Assembly: GCA_963783645.1 (NCBI GenBank)
Contig: CAWAOH010000014.1
Coordinates: 66,236-130,235 of the forward strand
From: Candidatus Bathyarchaeota archaeon
Lineage (GTDB): Archaea; Thermoproteota; Bathyarchaeia; 40CM-2-53-6
Reading direction: 5' to 3'
DNA: 64,000 bases
Part shown: one piece after another, positions 46,858 through 56,172 of the stretch
How positions within the stretch are numbered: the stretch's first letter is position 1
Layout of the letters: each line of letters opens with the position of its first letter
Translations under genes and position numbers: made by a program
The notes under the pieces: generated by a model
What the model saw: the letters and a program-made list of their open reading frames with translations, nothing else
The model's database searches: none
Told to the model about the DNA's origin: nothing

Positions 46858-48400
46858 GTGTCAAGACGCTCTTTAACATCGGACCAACATCTGGCGGTTT
46901 AGGTTGCTTTGCTAGTTTCGCTGAGAAAACAGCTATTTTCGGCAGGTATTTTTGAAATACGTCGAGTCTGCGTTTGTCATGCGCCAGATTTATTTTCTTT
47001 GAAAGAAAGAGAGACAACCGTCGTGCCACCTCTCTCACGGCATTCAGTATCTCCCTTTCAACATCTGGACGGTCTGCGATGAACTCCTTTCCCACTGTCT
47101 TGTATGGTACTTTCGTTGAGCAGAGGTGAACAAAAACAGCAATTGGCATATCGACAGAGACTTTGTAGTGGCGCCAGTCAACCTCGGTGTTCACGACCTT
47201 CCACGAGATATCGCTTGCTTCGTCGAAAAGCAACGGGATCTTGTTTGCGAACCGATACAGTTTGATACCTCCCCCTGACTCAATTTGGCCACCATAAGCC
47301 ACTCCAACTTCGACGATGAACGGAAATCCCGCATAAGCAGATGGTTTTCGCTGATATACGGCCACAAACTCTGGCGAAAGCTCCTTCTTTATGCCTGCTT
47401 CGAGCAACTCTTCGCCGAGAGGAGATAGACAACTTGCGTCAGGTGTCAAAAATTTGTAGTTCTTCATTCCATTAACAAGCTGGACGATTTCGTCTGGAGA
47501 TAGTTTCTTCGGATTTTTCTTGGTTGGAATATTGACCTGTGAGAGAAATGATGTAGCGATCGTCTTGCCGACTCTGTGAAAGTGAGACTTTAGAAAGGAT
47601 ACCATCGTCCGTTCCTTGGTAATTTCAACGAGGCGTCTCATCGTTTCAACGTCTACACCGTATGGATGAGGAAGCGTTTCCTGCGGTGGCTTGGGCATCA
47701 GTACAGTTGCTCGATCGAACCTGTATAATCTGCCCCTAGGATCAACGTAGGTTATCGTGGCGTAAGGTGCAACTATTGCCGTTTGCATCAGGTAATCCAG
47801 AATCTTAGGCATGGCACGCGTGTAATCTGCTTCAGTCGCGAAATCAATCACTGTTCCATGCCACCGGTTATCGTTTGGCAGAGTCTTATGATTCAGGATC
47901 ACTGGCCTGTTCTTCTGGATGTCAATTGATATCTCATACTGGTGGATTTTGGTAGGTCCAGTACTGGACACGATGGTGGCCTTACCATGAGTGGTTATCT
48001 GCCCGTACAGTATGGCCATCTTCCCGCCGAGACCAAATGTCCCCCTGGTCTGTCTCAACTTGTACTTGGAGCCGAAGAGCACTTGCCCAAAGGCGGATGG
48101 AATTATGTCGTGAGGAATTCCTATTCCATTATCCTCGATATGGATCCGATAGATTCCAGGACCATCGGTGGGTCCAGACTCATGCGAAATTCTCAAATAG
48201 ATTTCAGGAGGAATTTCGTGAGTTTCACACGCGTCCAATGAGTTCTCTACGAGTTCGCGTATGGAGGAGTAAATCGCACGAGTTGGATTAGTGAATCCTG
48301 CGATGTCCCTATTTCGATAGAAGAAATCAGCTGCGGAAATTTCCTGAAAAACTTCCTGTAATGCCATGCGAGCTCGCCTATGCTGAATAATCGCCGGCAT
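46823..48400 (-). CDS. top6B: DNA topoisomerase VI subunit B (GHKL ATPase)
   Basis: 525 aa. Bergerat-fold motifs ELVENSLDA, DNGIGI and GTFGLGG. Overlaps top6A by 35 nt. Confidence 0.93.
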   Translation of the reverse strand: MPAIIQHRRARMALQEVFQEISAADFFYRNRDIAGFTNPTRAIYSSIRELVENSLDACETHEIPPEIYLRISHESGPTDGPGIYRIHIEDNGIGIPHDIIPSAFGQVLFGSKYKLRQTRGTFGLGGKMAILYGQITTHGKATIVSSTGPTKIHQYEISIDIQKNRPVILNHKTLPNDNRWHGTVIDFATEADYTRAMPKILDYLMQTAIVAPYATITYVDPRGRLYRFDRATVLMPKPPQETLPHPYGVDVETMRRLVEITKERTMVSFLKSHFHRVGKTIATSFLSQVNIPTKKNPKKLSPDEIVQLVNGMKNYKFLTPDASCLSPLGEELLEAGIKKELSPEFVAVYQRKPSAYAGFPFIVEVGVAYGGQIESGGGIKLYRFANKIPLLFDEASDISWKVVNTEVDWRHYKVSVDMPIAVFVHLCSTKVPYKTVGKEFIADRPDVEREILNAVREVARRLSLFLSKKINLAHDKRRLDVFQKYLPKIAVFSAKLAKQPKPPDVGPMLKSVLTHEEEIEDEDDE

Positions 48401-48423
48401 AAAGTTGATTATGTAACCTATAA

Positions 48424-49035
48424 CTACGCAGGTGGTTTCTGCCAGAGTTCAAGGCTTTCCCTCTTCTTGCTTTCACGCTTTATCTTTCTAAGTAGTTTGT
48501 ACACCGTGGAATGTTGTTTCCCCTTAAGAAGTAATTCTATTGCTTCTCTTGCAGCAGTCACTGTTTCGAAATCGCCAAGCGTCGCAATCGTATGTCCGTA
48601 AACGGAGACTTGAGCATTCGTCATTTCTTCTATTAGCCTTCTGATCTTTCCTTCGCGGCCGATTACTCGTCCTTTCAGTCTTGCGATGTCTCGCTCGTTC
48701 CTTCCGAAATTTTCTCGAAGATCAATGATATCAATGACAATATCGTCGTCAATTAGTCTAAGGGCCCGTTGTGGTGAAAAGCCGCGAGCAATAGCAATAA
48801 CAACATCCCTTGCTCGAAGTATGGTTGTTGGATCATCAGAACCTTCACTCGGGAATATCTCCACAACACCGTTCTCACTCTGGACCATGAGACGAGCCTT
48901 GAAGGCTTGTTCTATTCTGTTCTTTGTAGAGCCATCTTTGCCGATTAGAACTCCAAGTCTCTCCAAAGGAATCGTTGCGCTAACTTTGGTTGTCAGACTC
49001 TGTTCGTGATTATAACTGTCCATTTTTCCATTCAC
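48424..49035 (-). CDS. KH-domain RNA-binding protein (Dim2/Pno1-like)
   Basis: 203 aa with two KH modules (VLIGKDGSTKNRIE; RVIGREGKIRRLIE). Confidence 0.85.
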   Translation of the reverse strand: MNGKMDSYNHEQSLTTKVSATIPLERLGVLIGKDGSTKNRIEQAFKARLMVQSENGVVEIFPSEGSDDPTTILRARDVVIAIARGFSPQRALRLIDDDIVIDIIDLRENFGRNERDIARLKGRVIGREGKIRRLIEEMTNAQVSVYGHTIATLGDFETVTAAREAIELLLKGKQHSTVYKLLRKIKRESKKRESLELWQKPPA

Positions 49036-49063
49036 ACACTGATTTTCATGTTATTCAATGAGC

Positions 49064-49270
49064 CTATTTCGGTATTCGCCAGTGGGCCTTAGTGTACCTC
49101 GTACCCTTAACCCATGATCCGCCTAGCTTCGTGATTGCACGGTTGATCTCAAACCATCGAAGATAACTCTTGTCATCGTCATAGTTGCGGAACGGTTTGA
49201 CGGTGACGCCAGCAGCGTCGTCGCGGAGAATATCCAAGTCGCCTAAGTAGGGCGCTAGGACGGATTGCAT
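49064..49270 (-). CDS. Hypothetical small protein (68 aa)
   Basis: ORF 28 nt upstream of the KH gene on the same strand. No family recognised. Confidence 0.35.
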   Translation of the reverse strand: MQSVLAPYLGDLDILRDDAAGVTVKPFRNYDDDKSYLRWFEINRAITKLGGSWVKGTRYTKAHWRIPK

Positions 49271-51019
49271 CCTGATTCATCGGCCTCATGCTAATCTCTT
49301 GTCTCGCCAAGTCACGATCCTTGCGCATACATTGGTTAACCATCTCGGTAGACAACTGTCTAATATGAGTACCGAACAGAAGATCGCGTCACTGGGCGGA
49401 TTTTGACTTGTTCGGTAAGTTAGCGAATACCGCGTTCAATGATTGCGTACAATTCAAATAAGTAGTAAAATCACACTGAAGATCTGAAGCAAAGATTATA
49501 TGCCAAGATTAATAGACGACATAGGCTATTTCTTTTATGCTTAAAACTCAATGGCATGTCGCCAGAGTTTTCTGCATACGTAATCTTGCCTTCGGCACCT
49601 TATCCAGGTGCGATTGTGATTGTCGAAGATCGTCAAATTCGGTATTGTGCCCATAATGGTAAGTTCGCAACGACGGATATAGTAGCGAAATTCGGATTGC
49701 ATCTAGTTGAGCAATTAGTTAACCAAACGCGATATCATGTATGAAGATGCTCAAAAATAGCCACAAGCGCGGCTATAAGAACCCTCAGAAGGGTTAGTGG
49801 ATCCGGATGCAAGGTGCGAATCGAAGGTTACCTAACGAGATTGTACACTATGACCGTCGTCATTTATCATGTCTATACGATAAAAGCAGGCTCAGGGCTA
49901 TTGTTTCTGATGCAAGAAGTTTTGTGCATAACGCTCCAATATGGACTTGCCTAGTCTTGTGCGCCTATCAAGTACGCTTTGATCTACGTGTATGTCCTCT
50001 AAAGTCTTCCTCAAGAATTCTTGTTATTCGTAATTCCCTACAAGCTGCCGCACAGAGGCGATACTATCTTTCAAGACAGCACAGTTGTACCATAGCTAAG
50101 TCTTGGCTGACTGAGTCATCTTGGGTCTCTTCGTCCAATACCTGAGTTCCTAACAGCTATGACGCTTCTCGAAGTCTGCTTTTGCTTTTCAGCTATCTTG
50201 AACTAGATCGGATCAAGCCAGCAGTAGTGTGCCTGTCAACGCTGGCTGTATTTCCCTTTGGGTGCTATGCGTTCTATCACGAATTGAAAAGCGACACACC
50301 ACGATTCACGGTAAACGTCGAAAGTCTGCTGCAACCTTATAGTGTCAGTTAAGGCCTTGGCCATGGAACGTAAGAAGAGCTACAAACACAAGGGCTGCAT
50401 CGATCTACTGCCTAAGTAAATCCGTAGCGAAGGAACTATCTGTAAGACTATCTCTTTGAATTCTCAACGCCGTTAAGAGTCCGATAATACAGATAGTAGA
50501 CTCGAGTCGAGATTTGGTTGAGACTGTTCATGCTCATGAAGAAGTCTCTTAATGCAGCAATATGCAATCTGACCTTTCACACATCACGACATGTTCACCT
50601 ATCGATGCTGGTGGTGGGTGGTTGCCGCGCCTACTCATCCTGAATTTTTCTCTTTGCTTTCCTTACATCTTTCTTTCCGTTCTCTTCATTCTCGAGTTCA
50701 TACGTCTCACCTTGCAGATAATGAGCTACGGCTGAGAATAGATTCACTATTGCTGAGCTATCGATCTGATTAGCGCTTGAGGGGGATGAACTGTAACAGA
50801 AGAGGGCGCAAGCCCTGAACGCCCCTTACCGACAAACGAAGTGTCACACATTGCGATAAAACAGCTTGTATTACCTACGTTGTGGTCGCTACTTCGAGAA
50901 CCATGCCCCGATCGTCAACACGACCGCAGCGCAATCACCAAAGATGCAACGTGCATCAGTCAACGCAGGCCGGTCAAGCAGCACCCAATACCTAACCGCC
51001 TTCGGTGCCAACTCAGCCG

Positions 51020-51331
51020 TCACGGAATCCCCGCAAACTGCGGAGTACGATTCATCCGACGCAGAAGCCTTACAATCAAACCAGCAGAATACTCGAACAG
51101 GTCAAAGCCGACGCCCTGAAAGCGAGTTCTACTCACGTCAAGGCGCTCTTGCTGTTTCTTCGAGTATCTGCAACCACAGATTGCACAGCCATGAAATCCT
51201 GAGTGAAGTCGATTGAAATGATGACAAACATTGCAGCACCATCGTCGATGAGTCGTCCAATGATGTTCATGCAGTCGGTCGATTGATCGAAATATCTTAG
51301 GTGGGTGACACAATTTACAATGGTGGCTCAA
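51020..51331 (-). CDS. Cys/His-rich small protein with C2H2 zinc-finger motif
   Basis: TTG start. CKLC-x5-F-x5-L-x2-H-x4-H matches the classical C2H2 spacing apart from 5 rather than 3 residues after the second Cys. It is followed by CCNVCHH...HGCAICGC. Confidence 0.4.
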   Translation of the reverse strand: MSHHCKLCHPPKIFRSIDRLHEHHWTTHRRWCCNVCHHFNRLHSGFHGCAICGCRYSKKQQERLDVSRTRFQGVGFDLFEYSAGLIVRLLRRMNRTPQFAGIP

Positions 51332-52883
51332 TGGTTGAAATTACTCTTCCTTCGTATCGGTATAGAACAGAGTACAACGTCAAGTCGGTTTAATGGTTGC
51401 CAATATACAGAATATATCGAGAATAAGGTGCAAGCAAGGGTCAAGGTGCCTGCCTTGACTTGACACTATGCCGTCGATAGGTTTCCCGCACGCTGACTAA
51501 TCATCGAATACTATTGTTCAGGTTGCGGGCGTAGATGGGAGCATTGGGAAGGAACCTGCAAGATCGTCGAGAAGTGAATTAGAAGAGGGGATTTGACCCT
51601 CTAGGTGCGGAGCAGTTCACGCCACTCCGCCACGTGCTGCAGTGCTGACTTATGTTCGCCTGTTCGTATCCTCACGACTCATAAAATATAAACTGCATCT
51701 CCAACCCTTGCATGGGTCTGTTAGGATCCGTTCTGGTCCCGTCTCTTCCCAACACGTAGAAAGGGCAATTGTTGCAAAAAAACGGAGTTGAGGAATGTTC
51801 GCGTCTCCGCGTTCATTCCCTACTTTCCTCTAATCTAATTCTCTCTACTTTTTCAGTTTGAAGATCGATGAGTAAGCTTGCGGCGGCATAAGAGAGAATG
51901 CCGCCATACCATTGCCGACTCATTGGTTTACGGTCTAGGTTCACGCGTTTGTCATCTCTCATATTTTCACTGCACGTTATGGAGACTGGATCTAATAACC
52001 AAATCCCTCATCAATTACGTGATGTTATGCGAAAACAATGGAATTGGATGATGCAAGTTGGGCAACGCTTGAGGAGGAAGCAAAGAGACGAAACCTAACC
52101 GTACAAGATCTAGTTGATCTAGTCACCCCAACTCTCATCAAAAAGCAGAATCAGATCCCTCTTTTCACGGGATCTAAATACTCGGTCATCCTCTGACAGG
52201 ACATGTCCAAAATAACTTGTCCATTATGCAACAGAACCATTCACTTCCACGATCAAACTACACACAAGCTCAGACACGAAAACGCTAAGCGCAAACATCA
52301 CAAATGAGCACAAACAGACGGATTGTTGCAATCGAAAACAATCGAATTGGGCGATGCACGCAAACCGGTCGTTAACGTCCGTTCTCTCACTGGTAACTAG
52401 CAAGGTTTTGATAGTGCTTCCGTTCTAGCCAGATTTGGATGGTGATTGGTTTGAGTTTTGATAATGAGGATGAAGTCGACCCTGATGTTAATGAGCCTGA
52501 CGATTCATCCACTGATGACGATAGTGAACCTTCTGACGATTCAGACCCGTTTTAAAACTTCGTTCTGCCAGCAATAATGTCCTCCTCGCATGGAGCCGGC
52601 AGTCGACAGATCATAGGACTCCAACCAAACAAGACTCTTCACACGGTTCCGGTTACCATCAGGACCCCCAGCACCAGCACGGACCCCGCCACGCTTACGC
52701 ATAACTACTCACCATGAAACTTGATTGAACGGTGTACCAAGAAGAAAGCGGAACCGTATCTCGGCGGTCTAGTAGATCACTCACCTGATGAAGTAAGACA
52801 GCTCGTATGAAACACGTTCTGATTATGCGAGCTAGATCGGGTGGTAGTTTCAGCCTTCAGGGCTGTTTGGTGCAATCAACATA

Positions 52884-53253
52884 TCAGGCGTGTACCCAGT
52901 TAATTGATGACTCGCTTGCAAACCATGATTCGTATGTTGGTTCGTAACTGGTGGTGCCGATTGGGATTTCGAATGTGATGCTTCCTGATGTCGTGCCTTT
53001 TGGAAACAGTTCGACGGACTTCAATGGGTCAGGCAAGGAGTACGTTGTAGAATCATAGTCGTACTTGGCGTTGTCCGATTCTCTCGATTGATTTAAAGGA
53101 GAACAGCCCGGCATCTCTCACGTTAACACAAGGAACTCCCGCATTTCGAGGGGCTTTCGGAGAAGTTCGCGACTTTATTGTGTCGAAGCACCTGAAGTGG
53201 TCTGGGCTAAAGATCACGCCGTTTGCACCGATGGTGGGAATGTTGTCTTTCAT
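52884..53253 (-). pseudogene. DUF4352-like (Ig-like extracellular) domain gene, frameshifted and lacking a signal peptide
   Basis: ORF 53053..53253 (...APRNAGVPCVNVRDAG) and ORF 52884..53114 (...DNAKYDYDSTTYSLPDPLKSVELFPKGTTSGSITFEIPIGTTSYEPTY) together resemble a single beta-sandwich domain. Confidence 0.4.
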
Positions 53254-53689
53254 GATTATTTTGATTGGCGCAGTGGGAAAAGTGAGTTACGTGCTTCTAC
53301 TGCTCGGATTGGGGGCGGTTGAGTTAATTTGCTTTCTTTGGGGCCGGTGGGCATATCATCAGAAGTATTCGGTGATTTTTCTGAAGAGACGCTCGGAGGC
53401 TTCATCGTTTTGGGTTCGCAACCGCAGACCAGATTCTAGTGGCTATAATCGCCTCGTTGCTTACTTTCCTTGCCACGCTTGGCGCTAAGGCACTATTAGG
53501 ATTCTAAGTCGTGCTGCTCACTGTTGAACGTCACTCTCGAAGAAATCCCAGAATCCGGGTTTCTTCTCCTCTGTGGTCGGTCTCTAACGTCACCTCCTGT
53601 TTGCCTGCCTTGCAGCGACCTCATCCCGCATCTGTCGCATCTGCTGGGCAATCGCCTCGGTAACTTCGTCCAGTCGATTCTTGATGGTA

Positions 53690-54061
53690 TCAGGCGTCCG
53701 ACCATTTGAGTTCAACCTTCTTTCGGACGCGTCGAACCTTCATTTTGCCGTTCACATGCAATTCAACTTGGTAATAGTCGAGGAGGCTTTTGATGGCGTA
53801 TTTCGTCTGCTTCGCAGTCGTCTGGCTCTTGCCGTAGATTTCACCGATTCTACCTTTGATCTCGATCGCGACTGCTTTCGGGTCTTGCTCCGCACGCTTA
53901 ACGAAGTCCGCTGGTTCTTCTTCGCCTAAGTAACGCATGAGGAAGATGGTGTACTGTTTGCGGGTTGACTCCTTTAGTTCGGGTGCCGCTCCGTTGTACC
54001 ATGTCTTGATCTTAGGATTCTCACTGAAACGGGTTAGGGCTTCCACGTTGCCGAATGTCAA
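53690..54061 (-). CDS. Tyrosine-recombinase N-terminal (SAM-like) domain-like fragment
   Basis: 123 aa. The STRKQYTIFLMRYL...TTAKQTKYAIKSLLDYY helical pattern resembles integrase core-binding domains. No R-H-R-Y catalytic domain follows in any frame. Confidence 0.35.
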   Translation of the reverse strand: MTFGNVEALTRFSENPKIKTWYNGAAPELKESTRKQYTIFLMRYLGEEEPADFVKRAEQDPKAVAIEIKGRIGEIYGKSQTTAKQTKYAIKSLLDYYQVELHVNGKMKVRRVRKKVELKWSDA

Positions 54062-54087
54062 CCCAAATTCACGCGTTATAACAACGT

Positions 54088-54891
54088 TTAGATGTATTTA
54101 ATTTGGTTTCCATTCTCGCCAGTCACCCATATCTTGAGCTTATCGAGAGGTGCTACCGTGACACCTATCTTTCCGAAATATTGATTGAGCTGGACCAAAT
54201 CTCTCTCTAGAAAGACTTGCGCCATAGGATGCTCCACAGTCACCGCCTGCGCGAAGTCAATCAACACGGGCTCCAAACCCACCATCATGATGTTATATTC
54301 GCTTAGATCGCCATGAACCAACTGCGCTTTTTGGTATAGGCGTCTTACCTGCTCTGCAACTTTGTCATAGACTTTGCCCGGATGATTAAGCGGAGTCTCT
54401 CTTAGTAGAGGAGCCGGCTCACCGCTCTGCCCAATGAACTCCATTAGTAGCACATTTCCTATGACCTTCATCGGAGCAGGTACTCGCACACCAGCAGACT
54501 TAGCCTGTTGAAGGTTCTTGTATTCCTTTAATGCCCACAAATTCACAAGTGATCGAGTGTCACGTCTGACGTTCTTGAATCTCTGATCACCTTGAATATA
54601 CACTAATCTTTTTTTGAACTCACGCGACGTTGTCAGGAAAATCTTGATCGCTACTGGTTTGTTGCCCTTCCCACGTCCCCAGTAGATGCGAGCTTCCTTT
54701 CCGGAGCGAAGTACACCAAAGATGGTCTTTAGATACCCACGGTTGAGCATCTTGTAGACAATCATCAGGGTGGACCTGTCGAACACCTCCTCAAGGGTCT
54801 CCATCTCCTCGCTACGCTTCTCCTTCATCAGCTCTTGAACTTCGTAGCGAACGACCCTTCGACGTAGCTTGCGCTCTGCTGGTGATTCCAC
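54088..54891 (-). CDS. rio1: RIO1-type serine protein kinase
   Basis: 267 aa. FDRSTLMIVYKMLNRGYL...SGKEARIYWG...LVHGDLSEYNIMM. Confidence 0.92.
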   Translation of the reverse strand: MESPAERKLRRRVVRYEVQELMKEKRSEEMETLEEVFDRSTLMIVYKMLNRGYLKTIFGVLRSGKEARIYWGRGKGNKPVAIKIFLTTSREFKKRLVYIQGDQRFKNVRRDTRSLVNLWALKEYKNLQQAKSAGVRVPAPMKVIGNVLLMEFIGQSGEPAPLLRETPLNHPGKVYDKVAEQVRRLYQKAQLVHGDLSEYNIMMVGLEPVLIDFAQAVTVEHPMAQVFLERDLVQLNQYFGKIGVTVAPLDKLKIWVTGENGNQIKYI

Positions 54892-54917
54892 CTACAACAC
54901 CATTCTTTGTGCAGAAA

Positions 54918-55244
54918 TCAGATTGCAAGACGTCCTTGACTACGTAGCCAATTCGATTGACTCTCAGTATAGCGCCAAAGGATGTCTCCCCTAGTGTCAA
55001 CTTGGAAGTCCCATGGAGCAACCAACACCACGTCGCTCACTTTGATCCATACTCTGCGTTTCATCTTACCGCGAATTCTACACACTCTCTCATGACCATC
55101 CCCACACTTGACGAGTAATCTGTCATAACCGAGCATCTGGGTTACGATCCCAAGCATTTGCCCTTCCCCAGGCATGACCATCTCTCGAAGGTCGCCCTCG
55201 CTCAGAACCTTCTTCTTTCCCACCATCTCACCGGTTCGAATCAC
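54918..55244 (-). CDS. eif1a: Translation initiation factor aIF-1A
   Basis: 108 aa, S1-like OB fold. GQMLGIVTQMLGYDRLLVKCGDGHERVCRIRGKMKRRVWI. Confidence 0.93.
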   Translation of the reverse strand: MIRTGEMVGKKKVLSEGDLREMVMPGEGQMLGIVTQMLGYDRLLVKCGDGHERVCRIRGKMKRRVWIKVSDVVLVAPWDFQVDTRGDILWRYTESQSNWLRSQGRLAI

Positions 55245-55290
55245 GATGTGCGAGTTGCTGGTATTATGAGTTTTCCATCTTTTTTGCCTT

Positions 55291-55590
55291 TCAAATCCTT
55301 ACGATCTGAACATGTGGTACTCCCGCAATCCGAACGATTGCAGAAGGATCAACAAGTCCTTCTTTTACAGCAGCCTCAACAATGCAGCCTCCGACCAAGT
55401 TTGCAATATCTGCTGCGTTGATTTCATGCAAAGCATGCGTGATAGTCGTCATATTACCTTTGTAGAAGTCAGCTTTGACTTCGAGTTTCAACTTTCCCTC
55501 TCGAAAGGTCTCACCGATTAAGCCAGTATCGCAGGCAGCCACCAATCGGTGCTTGGAGTCTTGGAAAACCCTAAGGTATACGTCGTCCAA
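55291..55590 (-). CDS. DUF424-family protein
   Basis: 99 aa. LVAACDTGLIGETFREGKLKLEV...FYKG...IAGVPHVQ. Confidence 0.8.
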   Translation of the reverse strand: MDDVYLRVFQDSKHRLVAACDTGLIGETFREGKLKLEVKADFYKGNMTTITHALHEINAADIANLVGGCIVEAAVKEGLVDPSAIVRIAGVPHVQIVRI

Positions 55591-55605
55591 TACAACTACA
55601 CTTTC

Positions 55606-56016
55606 TTATCCCGGGAGAACTGAGGATCTCGCACCGCAGGCTTCACACCTCAGGAATAGATATCTCCCCTCTTTCTCCATTTTTGTATCAGGACGATTGC
55701 AGATGGGGCATATGACGAATCTTTGCGCGTAAATGGTGAGCAACCTCGTGACTGTTCCCACATCAAACTTGCCTTGAAAGATCGCTCTGCTTCCATCAAG
55801 CGACGCTGCGGTTGCCATCTCCCTCGAGAGGAACTTCAACAGATGGTGTGGATCCCGGTTCAATACGCCGCTAATGTCACCGAAATTCTGAACGATCGTC
55901 CTTCTACCCATTCGGATCCCAACCACCTTTGGTATCTCGAATCTTTCTCCCGTTCCGACCGTTTTAGGTAGATTGGAATATGCTTTGTCGAGGAGCTTAG
56001 CGTAGTCTTCGCTCAA
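55606..56016 (-). CDS. eif2b: Translation initiation factor aIF-2 beta subunit
   Basis: 136 aa. YAKLLDKAYSNLP...RFEIPK... and the C-terminal CPICNRPDT...CEACG zinc ribbon. Confidence 0.93.
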   Translation of the reverse strand: MSEDYAKLLDKAYSNLPKTVGTGERFEIPKVVGIRMGRRTIVQNFGDISGVLNRDPHHLLKFLSREMATAASLDGSRAIFQGKFDVGTVTRLLTIYAQRFVICPICNRPDTKMEKEGRYLFLRCEACGARSSVLPG

Positions 56017-56172
56017 TTTCTATCAGCATCAAACAGCATAATGATCGACATATTTGTTGATTCCCTTTTCGTGGAGCAATAATAACCTGCTAACCTGTTC
56101 GGCTCCACCCACAATCATTGTAAAGAACCTCCAAGACTTCTTGTGACGGATAGGTGTGGAGAGGAGCTCGCA

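Larger units (their letters stand above)
49271..54061. mobile_element. Probable decayed integrated element / foreign insertion splitting the aIF1A-RIO1-KH cluster
   Basis: About 4.8 kb with no ORF longer than 123 aa. It contains an integrase-N-terminal-like fragment, a C2H2 zinc-finger ORF and a broken Ig-like surface gene, all on the minus strand. No att repeats or catalytic integrase domain were found. Confidence 0.4.

Noticed and set aside
50866-51216. 116-aa plus-strand ORF in the insertion.
   Set aside because: It has low-complexity Ser/Ala/Gln-rich composition with no motif. It is antisense to the Cys/His-rich zinc-finger ORF, which has a recognisable motif.
52439-52555. 38-aa acidic micro-ORF (MVIGLSFDNEDEVDPDVNEPDDSSTDDDSEPSDDSDPF).
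   Set aside because: It lies in apparently decayed DNA with no upstream signal. It is more likely a fragment of a degraded gene than a functional peptide.
49271-52883. The ORF-poor 3.6 kb, considered as a replication origin, CRISPR array, rRNA/SRP/RNase P RNA or group II intron.
   Set aside because: There are no repeated ORB-like boxes and no adjacent orc1/cdc6. There is no regular repeat-spacer structure. I could find no conserved core motifs of SRP RNA, RNase P RNA, 5S rRNA or intron domain V.
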